Positions 27,601-37,643 of a DNA stretch of 64,000 bases are shown here, piece after piece (the first letter of the stretch is position 1; every line of letters begins with the position of its first letter). A program made the translations under genes and the position numbers. The stretch covers positions 44,982 to 108,981 of the forward strand of contig CAWJEL010000024.1 in assembly GCA_963841825.1 (NCBI GenBank), read 5' to 3'. The stretch is from an uncultured Chloroflexia bacterium (GTDB lineage Bacteria; Chloroflexota; Anaerolineae; CG2-30-64-16). The notes beneath the pieces are model-generated. The model made no database searches. It was not told where the DNA came from and saw nothing but the letters and a program-made list of their open reading frames with translations.

Positions 27601-28344
27601 ATGTCTACACCCCAGACCGTTCTTCTCGTTGGCGGCACTGGACGCACTGGCCAGCGCGTCTTGGAACAGCTTCTGAGCCGCGGTATCAGCGTCCGCGCCA
27701 TTGTGCGATCCGCCGGGAAGCTCCCGGCGGGCGCGGCGGAAAATCCCAACCTGGCGGTGGTTGAGGCTGACCTGCTGTCTCTCAGCGATGAGGACCTGCA
27801 GCGCCAACTTCGCGGCTGCGCTGCCGTCATCTCGTGCCTCGGTCACGTTACCAGCTTCAAGGGCGTTATGGGGCCGCCGCGCGACCTCGTCACGCGGGCC
27901 GCGACGCGGCTGTGTCGAGGGATCGCAGTGCTGCAGCCTGCACAACCGGTCAAGTTCATCCTCATGAGCAGCGTCTCGGTCAATCACCCGGGAGGCTTCG
28001 ACACGCAGCGCGGGATGTTCGAAAAGGTGTTCATGGGGCTGCTCCGCGGCGTGGTGCCTCCGGCCCGGGACAACCAACAAGCTGCGAACTTCCTCTATGA
28101 CAAAATCGGGACGAACAATCCGTTCGTGCAATGGGCAGTGGTTCGTCCTGACACACTCCTGGAAGGCGACGTTTCGGAGTACGCGCTGCATGAGGGCCTT
28201 GTGAGCAGTCTCTTTGCTCCCGACAGCACCAACATGGCCAATGTTGCGCACTTCATGTGTGAGTTGGTGACGGACCCAAAGGCGTGGGATGATTGGCAGG
28301 GGAAGCTGCCCGTGATCACCAATGCTGCTGCTTCGAAGAGTTGA
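27601..28344 (+). CDS. NAD(P)H-binding atypical SDR (NmrA/BVR-B-like).
   Basis: VLLVGGTGRTGQRVLEQLLSRG Rossmann motif. Confidence 0.8.
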   Translation: MSTPQTVLLVGGTGRTGQRVLEQLLSRGISVRAIVRSAGKLPAGAAENPNLAVVEADLLSLSDEDLQRQLRGCAAVISCLGHVTSFKGVMGPPRDLVTRAATRLCRGIAVLQPAQPVKFILMSSVSVNHPGGFDTQRGMFEKVFMGLLRGVVPPARDNQQAANFLYDKIGTNNPFVQWAVVRPDTLLEGDVSEYALHEGLVSSLFAPDSTNMANVAHFMCELVTDPKAWDDWQGKLPVITNAAASKS

Positions 28345-28525
28345 ACGCGAGCATCGCGATCGGTGACATGGATAATGGGGCCGGCTCTAACACTACAACC
28401 GCATTTTCTACAAACGAGCCTTGAGCCCGTCGAAAGGCGATCGTTTGCCAAGTCAACGCAGGCGCTTCGACACGTTCAGCGCCCGTGCGAGTGTGAAGTG
28501 CTGTTGTAGCACTAAGGAGGACAAT

Positions 28526-29272
28526 GTGAATTTCAGCAACAACACGGTGCTCATTACAGGGGGCGCTTCCGGGATCGGACTTAGCCTGGCCTCACATTTT
28601 GTTCGGAACGGTAGCACGGTAGTCGTCTGTGGCAGGGACAAAGACAAGCTGGCAGCGGCCAAGGCCAAACACCCGCAGATAACAACCTACGTCTGCGACC
28701 TGGCGAACTCCGACGACAGAGTTTCGATGTTCAAGTGGATCAGCAATGAATTCCCAAAGCTGAATGTTTTGATTAACAACGCCGGTATTCAAAGAAGAGG
28801 ATTGCAGCTCACGGAGGAACAACCCTGGGAGAGGTTGAATGAGGAGATAACGATTAATTTGGAGGCTCCGATTCACCTTTCCATGTTGTTTATCCCGCAA
28901 CTGGTGAAGCAAGCAAATCCGGCCATCCTCAACGTCACTTCGGTTCTTGCCTTTGTCCCCCTAACGATGGCGCCCATCTATTCTGCGACAAAAGCGGCAC
29001 TGCATTCCTTTACGCTTGCGTTGCGGCAGCAGTTGATTGATTCGGATTCGCCGATATCGGTGATCGAGATTATTCCGCCGGCCGTCAACACCGATCTGGG
29101 CGGCAAGGGTCTACACACTTTTGGCGTGGACGTCGATGAATTCACGGACGCAATTGTCAAGCAACTGGAGCGCGGGCAGATAGAAGCCTCATATGGTTCT
29201 GCAACTGAAAGCAGCCAGGCTTCAAGGGAGCAATTGGATCTGATATTCAAGCAGATGAATCAGGGCAGATAG
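28526..29272 (+). CDS. SDR-family oxidoreductase (DltE-like).
   Basis: AAGGAGG five nt before GTG 28526. VLITGGASGIGLSLA, NNAGI and YSATKAAL. Confidence 0.85.
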   Translation: MNFSNNTVLITGGASGIGLSLASHFVRNGSTVVVCGRDKDKLAAAKAKHPQITTYVCDLANSDDRVSMFKWISNEFPKLNVLINNAGIQRRGLQLTEEQPWERLNEEITINLEAPIHLSMLFIPQLVKQANPAILNVTSVLAFVPLTMAPIYSATKAALHSFTLALRQQLIDSDSPISVIEIIPPAVNTDLGGKGLHTFGVDVDEFTDAIVKQLERGQIEASYGSATESSQASREQLDLIFKQMNQGR

Positions 29273-29300
29273 GTGGATTGGTCGGGGAGTCGGGCAAATT

Positions 29301-30157
29301 TCAACTGAGCGTCCTTGTCCCGGCTCCCGAGTCCTGATCGTCACCGGGAATGGCCTCGTGAAGGGCGCGTCCGTTCCCCCGGCGCTGAGGCAGCGCGCTG
29401 AGCGGTGAGCACGGCGTGTCGAGACACTTGCGGATGACCACGTCATCGACGAAGGGGCCAGGGGAAGCGTGTCCCGCACCGTCGCTGGTGAACTGGAACG
29501 CAACCCACACTTGCGGCTTGCCGAGCACGCTCACACCTGGGGCGCCGGGGTCCAGGTCGCCCAGGTCGAGGTTCAGTGTTGTCCACCCGGAAGGCTGCGC
29601 GTTGAGACATAGACCGCCCGCCACTGTGCCATCGGATGCATACCAGCAGAAATCATCCCCCGCCGACACCTGATCGTAGCGGAGCTTGAAGCGCATCTGG
29701 GCCATCTGGGCATCGGACAGGCTGAACGGGCCGTAGATCATGGTGGTTGCGATGTTGTCAGGGTAGAGGCTGCCGCACGCCAGCATCTCGCCGTCAGCGC
29801 CGCCGCCTGCTGCCCAGGCGCTGTAGCTGCCGGTGAACGGCTGGCAATCGCGCGCCCCCACTTGTACGCGCCACCGCTCACACCGTTGTCATCGCGGAAG
29901 GACCACAGCGGTTCGGGCGGAATCTCGAATCCTTCATCCAGCAGGATGTGCCAACTGCCGGGACCAAGGGTCGGTGTGGGGGTCGGTGTGACGATCGGAG
30001 TGGGTGTCCCCTCGCTGCGAGCCACCAGCGGCAGATAGGCGCGCGGTGTCAGCGCGCTTCGTCCTGTCGGCGCGCCGGCGTTTGCTGTGAAGACCGCTGC
30101 GCCCGACACGCCAAGCAGCAGCGCGACCAGGATCCAGAACACCCGTAAATGCTTCAA
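29301..30157 (-). pseudogene. Secreted hypothetical protein, frameshifted at the C5 run 29855-29859.
   Basis: Signal peptide, then the YLPLVARS motif and a TP-rich linker. GGAYKWG continues in the other frame as ARDCQPFTGSYSAWAAGGG... One G is missing from a G run on the coding strand. Confidence 0.55.
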
Positions 30158-30242
30158 AGCGCAACCTCCTCACATCAACCGATGGCAAGTCTCCGGTAAG
30201 ACACGGTTTGGCAAGGTGCGGTCAATGTATTCGCCGCGTCCG

Positions 30243-30303
30243 GTCACCGTGTCACCGTGTCACCGTATCACCGTGTCACCGTGTCACCCCATCTCCGTGT
30301 CAA
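30243..30303. repeat. Octamer array, unit GTCACCGT (about 7.5 units).
   Basis: GTCACCGT x3, ATCACCGT, GTCACCGT, GTCACCCC, ATCTCCGT, GTC. This is the only array in the window with an 8-bp unit. Confidence 0.9.
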
Positions 30304-30891
30304 GCCACCGCCAACCGTCCATCCAACCCCAGCTCCGCGGCGATCCCTTTCATCGCTTCGAGCACGATGCCGACGTGTTCCCAGAGATCGATGCCCAACT
30401 CGGCTGCGCCCTGCTCGATATCCTGGCGGTTGATCGCGGCGGCGAAGAGCTTGTCCTTCCACTTCTTTTTCACTGAGCTGATCTCGACGTCTCGGATGTC
30501 CTTGCTGGGGCGGACGTAGCCGACCGCCATGATCAAGCCGGTTAACTCGTCGGTGGCCCAGAGGGTCGAGTCGAGCTTCGTGGTGCGCGGGATGCCCAGA
30601 TAGGGCGCGTGCCCGGCCACGGCCTGGATCAGCTCGGGCGGGAAGTCATGCTCGCGGAAGTAGCGCAGCGCCGCGCGGGTGGCCGTTGACCGGCTCATCC
30701 ATGTCGGGATAGCGCTCGAAGTCGAGGTCGTGCAGCAGTGCAGTGACGCCCCACAACGCCTCGTCGCCGTCGAAGCGCCGCGCATACGCGCGCACCCCGG
30801 CTTCCACGGCCAGCACGTGCTTGCGCAGACTGTCGCTGGCGATCCATTCGCAGACCAATTCCCAGGCTTCGTCACGGGTCGGTAGTGGCAT
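30300..30891 (-). pseudogene. HD-domain phosphohydrolase, frameshifted near 30668-30678.
   Basis: LRKHVLAVE...ALLHDLDFERYPD then HPR / AALRYFREHDFPPELIQAVAGHA in another frame. Confidence 0.75.
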
Positions 30892-30906
30892 GAACGGCTC
30901 CTTGAG

Positions 30907-30948
30907 GGTGAGGTTAAGGTTGAGGTTGAGGTTGAGGTTGAGGTTGAG
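30907..30948. repeat. Heptamer array, unit GGTTGAG (6 units).
   Basis: GGTGAGG TTAAGGT then GGTTGAG repeated, upstream of the HD gene. Confidence 0.9.
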
Positions 30949-30965
30949 AAGCGTGATTCAAACGC

Positions 30966-31035
30966 AACCCGTTTCCAGCAACCCGTTTCCAGCTTCCAGT
31001 TTCCAGCAACCAGTTTCTAGCTTCCAGCTTCCAGC
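30966..31035. repeat. Heptamer array, units CCAGTTT/CCAGCTT/CCAGCAA (10 units). It overlaps the 3' end of the SanA-like gene.
   Basis: ...CCCGTTTCCAGCAACCCGTTTCCAGCTTCCAGTTTCCAGCAACCAGTTTCTAGCTTCCAGCTTCCAGCC. The same unit type recurs at 53856-53883. Confidence 0.85.
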
Positions 31036-31664
31036 CCCATCCCTTCCCGCGGCCCCAACACCGGCAGCGGGTGGGCGATTTTCACGTCCCACCAGGCGCG
31101 CAGGGTGGCGAAGGCGTCGCGGAAGCGATAGTAGTTGTTCGACCAGTAGGGCCGGCGATCGGCGGAAAAGCCGATGCCATCCACCCCCAGGTTACGGCAG
31201 GTGAAGATCGCCCGCGGCAGGTGGAAGCGCTGCGTGACCAGCAGCGCCCGCTCCACGCCGAAGATGGCCTTCGCCCGGTAGCACGTGTCGTAGGTGCGCC
31301 GGCCGGCGTAGTCGCGCACCACGTCGGCGGGCGGCACGCCGCGGGCCACGGCGTAGTCGTACATCCGCCCCGGTTCGTCATAGTCGGTGAAGCGGTTGTC
31401 CCCGCTCACCAGCAGCTTGCGCACTTTGCCGGCGTCATAAAGCGCGATGGCCGTGTCCATCCGGTCGGCCAGCATCGGGCTGAGCCGGCCATCCGCGCGG
31501 ATGCCCGCGCCGAAGACGATGGCGACCGGCATCTCAGGCGCGGCGGCGATGTCGGTCACGACCAACCGGTCGTAGCGCCACTGGATCCAGCCCCACACGG
31601 CCGCGGTTGTACCCGCGCCGATCAGCATTACGGCCAGGCCAATTCTGAAGAAGCGTTTCATCAC
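31017..31664 (-). CDS. SanA/YdcF (DUF218)-family protein.
   Basis: N-terminal TM, VAIVFGAGI..DG.LS..L..R...A..LY..GKV.KLLVSGDN. The last codons (GLEAGS) are encoded by the CCAGCTT heptamer array. Confidence 0.8.
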   Translation of the reverse strand: MMKRFFRIGLAVMLIGAGTTAAVWGWIQWRYDRLVVTDIAAAPEMPVAIVFGAGIRADGRLSPMLADRMDTAIALYDAGKVRKLLVSGDNRFTDYDEPGRMYDYAVARGVPPADVVRDYAGRRTYDTCYRAKAIFGVERALLVTQRFHLPRAIFTCRNLGVDGIGFSADRRPYWSNNYYRFRDAFATLRAWWDVKIAHPLPVLGPREGMGLEAGS

Positions 31665-31690
31665 TATTTCTTAACGCAGTACGCAGTGGT

Positions 31691-31720
31691 TTGACACCGT
31701 ATAACAGCCGGTGTTATAGT
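31691..31720 (+). promoter_or_regulatory. Sigma-70-type promoter upstream of the clostripain-like gene.
   Basis: TTGACA, 18 nt, TATAGT. About 180 nt before GTG 31900. Confidence 0.5.
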
Positions 31721-31899
31721 CTCAACGTCCTGTCCTGGCCGATTATGCCCCACCCTGCCGCCTAAGTCAATCTCGTGACGAGCTGCGCGGTCATCGGGAT
31801 CGGGCGCGGCCGGGAACTCAGCCGAGCAGATTCTGGTGGGATGTTCGGTTTGATTACTGATACATAATCGGATGACGATTCTGCACTTGGGAGGCAGCC

Positions 31900-34644
31900 G
31901 TGAAAAAGGCTCGCGTGAACTCGGGTTCGGCGCGTTTGGCGCTCAGACCGGCCTGGGCGGTTTCGGCCGCCGGCGGACCGGGCAGCTCACCCCGCAGGGG
32001 CTTGATGAGCTGGCTTGTCGCCGCATCGGGAGGCGCCGACCCAGAGTCGGATGACACGATCGAGGTCCAGCGGCGCCGGCCCACCGGCGGCTCGGATGCC
32101 GCGCCGCGCGAACGGGCGGAGGCTCCGGTGCGCCGGAAGACGGATGGAGGCGGCAGCGCCCCGCCGCCCCCGCGGCAGACATCGTCGGGCGGCGGCTCTC
32201 AGCGCCCGTCTTCGGGCCGTCCGCCTTCAGGCGGCGCGCCTATGAAGCTTGACCTGAAGACGCTGCTGATCGGCGGCGCGCTGCTGTTGTTCGTCTTCGT
32301 GATTGGGCCGCGGTTCTTTGGAGGCGGGGATGCCCCGTCAGCCCAGGAGCCGCCGGTTGCCCAGGTGCAGCCCGAACCGACGCTGCCGGAGGCGTCCGGC
32401 GCTGCGGTCCAGCCTGAGCCGACGGCCGCGCGGCCGAAGGCATCACCCACGGTCCGGCCGCCCAAGCCTACTGCCGCACCGAAGCCGGCTGCAACCGCCG
32501 CCCCTGACTCAACTGCCATCCCGGCCGCGGCCGGCGCGCCGACCGCTGAGCCCGCGGCACCCGCGGCGTCCGGCCAGACGTGGACCGTGATGCTGTACCA
32601 GGACGCCGACGACAAGATCCTGGAGCAGGACATCTATGTTGATCTGAACGAGGCTGAGCGCGTGGGGTCCTCCGACCGGGTGAACATCGTGGCGCAGATG
32701 GATCGCTTCAAAGGCGGGTTCAAGGGTGATGGGAACTGGACGGGCGCGGGGCGTTTCTATGTGAAGCAGGATGATGACCTCAACCGCGTGGCGTCGCAAG
32801 TGTTGGCCGACCTGGGCGAAGTCGATATGTCTGATCCCCGCACCCTGGTTGACTTCGTGACCTGGGCCATAGAAGCGTATCCCGCGGACAAATACGCCCT
32901 GATCCTATCGGACCACGGTATGGGTTGGCCGGGCGGCTGGAGCGACGGCGACTCGCCGAGCCGCGGGAACCGCAATCGCAACATCCCGCTGGCGTCGGCG
33001 TTGGAAAGTAACCTGTATCTGATGGATCTGGATACGGCGCTCGGCGAAATCCGCAACCAGACCGGGCTGGACAAGTTCGAACTGATCGGGATGGACGCCT
33101 GTCTGATGGGGCAGCTTGAAGTTTTCAGCGCGCTGGAACCACACGCCCGCTATGCGGTCGCCTCGCAGGAAACCGAGCCGGCGCTGGGGTGGGCTTATAC
33201 AAGTTTCCTGGAGACATTGACCCAGAACCCCGATACGGACGGCGCAGGTCTGGCACGCGCGATCGTGGATAGCTACATCGTGGATGATCAGCGCATCGTG
33301 GATGAGCAGGCCCGCGCTGATCTGCTCGGCCGCAGCGCACGCTTCGGCGCTTCCTCCCAGGTATCGGCACAGGTGTTGGCACGGCAGATGGGAGAGAGCA
33401 TCACCCTGACCGCCGTGGATCTGGCTGGCGTGCCGTCCCTGATGGACAGTTTGAATTCACTTTCGGTCGCGCTGCAGGGGATGAACCAGCAGAGCGTGGC
33501 CAAGGCGCGCAGCTATGCCCAGGCGTTCACCAGCATCTTCGGTGAACAGGTCCCGCCGTCGTACATCGACCTGGGCAACTTTGTCCGGTTGTTGAAAAAG
33601 CAGGCCGGGGACAACGCGGTCGGGCAGGCCACCGATCAGGTGTTGGCCGATATCGGGCAGCTTGTCCTGGCTGAGAAGCATGGGCCGAATAAGCCCGGCG
33701 CCAGCGGCGTCGCCATCTACTTCCCCAATTCGCAGCTCTACGCCGCGCCTGCGGCCGGGCCGCAGTCGTACACCGCGGTCGCTGCCCGTTTTGCGAAGGA
33801 CTCCCAGTGGGATGAATTCCTGGCGTACCATTACACCGGCCGGCGGTTCAAGCCGGAGACCCGCTCGAACTTGCAGCAGAGCGGGACAGCCGCGGTGCCG
33901 CAGCGAGGTGACACCATCACCGCGCCCGGCGCGGGCCCGATCGTGGTCTCGCCGATCCGTCTCTCCGACGACGTGGCGGCTCCTGGCAAACCCGTCGTGC
34001 TGACCGCCGACATCGTGGGGCAGAAGGTCGGCTATGTTTACCTCTATGCCGGCTACCTCGATCAGGCGTCGAATTCGATTTTCCTGGCCGACATGGACTA
34101 CCTGGCCAGCCCCGATACGCAGGAGGTCGGCGGGACCTACTACCCGGTGTGGGATCCTGATGGCCGGTTCACCCTCAAGTTCGAGTGGGAACCGCTCATG
34201 TTCTCGATCACCGACGGCGAGACTTCGACACTGGCGATGCTGAGGCCCGAACGCTACGGCGCTTCACCCGAGGAGGCGGTCTACACCGTGGACGGCACTT
34301 ACACGTACGTCGACGGCGAGACGCGCCAAGCGAGGTTGTACTTCAGCAATGGTGTCCTCCAGCACGTCTACGGCTTCACCGGCGACGGTTCGACCGGCGC
34401 GCCGCGCGAGATCCTGCCTGATCCCGGCGACACCTTCACTATCCTTGAGACCTGGCTGGATCAGAACGGGAGCGGCAAGCCGGTTACCAGCGCCACGCAG
34501 GAAGGGAAGACCCTGACTTTCGGCGATCAGACGTTCCGCTGGAAGGTGCTGGACGCCGCGGTCGGGGAGTATGTTGTCGGCTTCATCGTGACCGACCTGG
34601 ATGGCAACAGCTACGAGCAGCACGCCAACGTGACGGTGGAATAG
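31900..34644 (+). CDS. Membrane-anchored clostripain-like (peptidase C11) protein with a Pro/Ala-rich linker and beta-rich C-terminal domains.
   Basis: GGGAGG before GTG 31900. One TM (LLIGGALLLFVFVIG). WTVMLYQDADD, ILSDHGMGWPG (His) and IGMDACLMGQLE (Cys) match the C11 dyad context. Confidence 0.75.
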   Translation: MKKARVNSGSARLALRPAWAVSAAGGPGSSPRRGLMSWLVAASGGADPESDDTIEVQRRRPTGGSDAAPRERAEAPVRRKTDGGGSAPPPPRQTSSGGGSQRPSSGRPPSGGAPMKLDLKTLLIGGALLLFVFVIGPRFFGGGDAPSAQEPPVAQVQPEPTLPEASGAAVQPEPTAARPKASPTVRPPKPTAAPKPAATAAPDSTAIPAAAGAPTAEPAAPAASGQTWTVMLYQDADDKILEQDIYVDLNEAERVGSSDRVNIVAQMDRFKGGFKGDGNWTGAGRFYVKQDDDLNRVASQVLADLGEVDMSDPRTLVDFVTWAIEAYPADKYALILSDHGMGWPGGWSDGDSPSRGNRNRNIPLASALESNLYLMDLDTALGEIRNQTGLDKFELIGMDACLMGQLEVFSALEPHARYAVASQETEPALGWAYTSFLETLTQNPDTDGAGLARAIVDSYIVDDQRIVDEQARADLLGRSARFGASSQVSAQVLARQMGESITLTAVDLAGVPSLMDSLNSLSVALQGMNQQSVAKARSYAQAFTSIFGEQVPPSYIDLGNFVRLLKKQAGDNAVGQATDQVLADIGQLVLAEKHGPNKPGASGVAIYFPNSQLYAAPAAGPQSYTAVAARFAKDSQWDEFLAYHYTGRRFKPETRSNLQQSGTAAVPQRGDTITAPGAGPIVVSPIRLSDDVAAPGKPVVLTADIVGQKVGYVYLYAGYLDQASNSIFLADMDYLASPDTQEVGGTYYPVWDPDGRFTLKFEWEPLMFSITDGETSTLAMLRPERYGASPEEAVYTVDGTYTYVDGETRQARLYFSNGVLQHVYGFTGDGSTGAPREILPDPGDTFTILETWLDQNGSGKPVTSATQEGKTLTFGDQTFRWKVLDAAVGEYVVGFIVTDLDGNSYEQHANVTVE

Positions 34645-34796
34645 CGCCGGCGGAGGCCGCGGCTCGACAGATCAGGATTCGGGTTGAGCAGTCAGAATTC
34701 ATCCGAAATCGCCTCAGCCAGGCATCCTGAGCTTGTCGAAGGACGCCTGGTACTTTATATAGCTCGTCAGATAAAGATTCGGGCTTCTCGCACACT

Positions 34797-34858
34797 GGAG
34801 TCGAGGCTTTAGCCGGTCGAAGCAGGCAGTGAGCGCCACCGGCTAAAGCCTCGACTCC
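34797..34858. repeat. REP-like hairpin with 21-bp perfect arms.
   Basis: GGAGTCGAGGCTTTAGCCGGT (34797-34817) and ACCGGCTAAAGCCTCGACTCC (34838-34858). Confidence 0.8.
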
Positions 34859-34979
34859 GAAAGATTATCTGAACATCTATAGAAGCAGCATGGTTCGGCT
34901 GACCTTACGACCGTACCCTGAGCCCGTCGAAGGGTGCGCGATTGGGTCCTCGGATAGGTGCTCGCGACAAGGAGTTCCC

Positions 34980-35516
34980 ATGCACTGGTACAACGAACCC
35001 GCGGTCTGGGCCGCGCAGGGCGATGCGATCACCGTCACTGCTGACCCCAGCACCGATTTCTGGCGGAAGACCCACTACGGCTTTATCCGCGACAACGGCC
35101 ACTTCTACTATCAGGAGGCGGTCGGCGATTTCCGGTGCGAGGTCAAGGTCAGCGGTGCCTATGCCGCGCTTTACGATCAGGCCGGGCTGATGGTGCGCCT
35201 CGACGCCGAGACGTGGCTGAAATGCGGCATCGAATTCGTCGAAGGGGTGCAGTACGTCAGCGCGGTCGTGACGCGTGACTGCTCGGATTGGTCCGTCGTC
35301 GCGCTGCCGGGCAGCCCCGCGGCGTTGTGGCTGCGGGTGGTGCGCACCGGCGCGACCGTTGAGATCTCGTACGCGCTGGACGGCGAGAACTACACCATGT
35401 TGCGCCTGACCTATCTGACTGAGGCTGAGCGGGTGCAGGTGGGGCCGATGTGCGCCGCGCCGAAGGGGTCGGGGTTCCCCGCGACGTTCGAGGGGTTTTC
35501 GGTGGTGGCGGTGTAG
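34980..35516 (+). CDS. DUF1349-family protein (concanavalin-like fold).
   Basis: MHWYNEP..W.......ITV.A...TDFW.KTHYGF..DNGHF... Confidence 0.8.
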   Translation: MHWYNEPAVWAAQGDAITVTADPSTDFWRKTHYGFIRDNGHFYYQEAVGDFRCEVKVSGAYAALYDQAGLMVRLDAETWLKCGIEFVEGVQYVSAVVTRDCSDWSVVALPGSPAALWLRVVRTGATVEISYALDGENYTMLRLTYLTEAERVQVGPMCAAPKGSGFPATFEGFSVVAV

Positions 35517-35862
<346 letters not shown>

Positions 35863-35867
35863 CGTGC

Positions 35868-36192
35868 ATGGATGAAGTCAACGCGTTGGCCATTTCATCA
35901 CAGGTCGCGGCCAGGAAGCGGTCGCGGTCGGAGTTTCGCGCCTTTTGGGTGGATGCTTTCCATGCGGGCATCAAGACGCTCGCTGATCTTGACCAACTCA
36001 TCCGGGATGACGGTCGAGATCAGCGGGCCGGTGTGGCGTACGATGACGGTGGCAGGCACGGGTTTTTACGGCGCCGCCGGTCTGCCGCCGGGCCACTATG
36101 ACATCACTGTCACGGTGTTTGGTCAACCCCTGGTCGCGGCCAAGGTTGCGGTACACGCCGGCAAAGTGGCGACCGTGGACCTGGCGCTGTAG
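35868..36192 (+). pseudogene. Remnant: the N-terminal segment of a GHL10/DUF187-type glycoside-hydrolase-like gene joined out of frame to a carboxypeptidase-regulatory-like C-terminal beta domain.
   Basis: EFRAFWVDAFHAGIKTLADLDQLI in one frame, and VEISGPV...GFYGAAGLPPGHYDITVTVFGQP...VHAGKVATVDLAL in the next. The several hundred residues expected between them are absent. Confidence 0.3.
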
Positions 36193-36363
36193 ATGAAACC
36201 CGTGGTGGACGGTCAACCCGCGTTTTGGTCCCGAAGGGACTGCGGGAGCAAACTGAGAACCTCAGCAAAAACTCAAGCACGCACCCTGAGCCTGTCGAAG
36301 GGGGCGTATTGCGAAAGTTCTCGGATCGATTCTGAGGGCAGCAGCCCAACTTAGGAGCAGATC

Positions 36364-36996
36364 ATGCCGGTGCAGACGTACACACTGGACCCGGAGAACC
36401 CGAAACGCCTGGACATCTCGTACAAAATGTTCTGGCGGGGCGCGACCGTTTACCTTGACGGCCAGGAGATCGGCTCAGCGCCGGGCAAGCAGGAGCTGTT
36501 GAAGGGCGAGGAGTTCAAGCTGCCCGACGGCTCGGTGCTGAAGCTGCGGCTCACCCAAAGCCTCCTGGGCTCCGAGCTGCGCATCCTGCGGAACGGCGAG
36601 CCGATACCCGGTTCAGCGAGCCATCCCGAGACGACGCTCAAGACGTCCTATTGGACGCTCTTCCTGATCGGAGCGCTCGGCATCCTGTTCGGCGGGCTCT
36701 CGCTCGGGCTGCACGTGGACATGCTCGGGGAAATGGGGATCACCGACTACTCGATAGGCCTCGGTGTAGTTTTCTTCATCCTGGGGTTCCTGGTGCGACG
36801 CCACTCATTGCCGGCGCTCTATGCAGGGATTGCGCTTTACGCTATCGACACCGTGTTGGGGCTCGTGCTCACGGCGCAGAGCGGCGGCACGCCCGGTATT
36901 TTCAACATCCTGTTTCGCGGCCTGATTTTTATGCCACTGGTGCAAGGGGTGGGCGCGCTGCGGAAGCTGAACGCGCCGGAGCAGACCCCGGGGTAG
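36364..36996 (+). CDS. Hypothetical membrane protein.
   Basis: Soluble N-terminal about 95 aa followed by four hydrophobic segments. No recognisable family. Confidence 0.55.
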   Translation: MPVQTYTLDPENPKRLDISYKMFWRGATVYLDGQEIGSAPGKQELLKGEEFKLPDGSVLKLRLTQSLLGSELRILRNGEPIPGSASHPETTLKTSYWTLFLIGALGILFGGLSLGLHVDMLGEMGITDYSIGLGVVFFILGFLVRRHSLPALYAGIALYAIDTVLGLVLTAQSGGTPGIFNILFRGLIFMPLVQGVGALRKLNAPEQTPG

Positions 36997-37074
36997 GATG
37001 TGGTATACTGGGTGCCGCCGCTCAATCGATCAGTTGGCCTGAAGAAAGAAGGAAAGCGAAAAGGAGAATGACCA

Positions 37075-37479
37075 ATGGTGAAAATACCTAAAGAAGTACA
37101 AGAGTTTCTGACCGGCAAAATGGCATGGGTGGCAACAGCCGCGCCCGATGGCATGCCTAACACGACACCCAAAGGCTCCGCCAAGGTCCTGGATGACGAG
37201 CATATCGTTTTTGCCGATCTGTTTTCGCAAAAGACCCGCGCCAACCTCAAGGCTAATCCAAAGGTCGCGGTCACTGCCATAGACATGAATACCGGCAAGG
37301 GATACCAGATCAAGGGCTCCGCTGAAATGCTGGAGTCCGGCCCTCTGTTCGAGCGCATGGCAGAGGAGTTAAAGAAGGCCCCGATGAAGATGCCGCCACT
37401 CCAGTACGTTGTCTACATCACGGTGGAAGGCGTGTATGACCAGTCAGCGGGGCCGGAGGCAGGAAAGCAGATCGCGTAA
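37075..37479 (+). CDS. Pyridoxamine 5'-phosphate oxidase-family FMN-binding protein.
   Basis: AAGGAGA RBS. FL.GKMAWVATAAPDGMPNTTPKGS....DDEHIVFADLFS.KT..NL..NPKVAV. Confidence 0.8.
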   Translation: MVKIPKEVQEFLTGKMAWVATAAPDGMPNTTPKGSAKVLDDEHIVFADLFSQKTRANLKANPKVAVTAIDMNTGKGYQIKGSAEMLESGPLFERMAEELKKAPMKMPPLQYVVYITVEGVYDQSAGPEAGKQIA

Positions 37480-37643
37480 TAGGTTTTGGCCAACCAAGCA
37501 TTGGACAGCGACGAGGAATGGCGCACCGCGCGCCATTCCTCGTTCGTAACTCGCGCCTTCCCGGCTGACGCTGCGAGCGGCTACCGACTTTCTGCAGACT
37601 CATAGGACTGGTCGCGGGCGAATCGCCGGAGGAGCGCGCAAAC

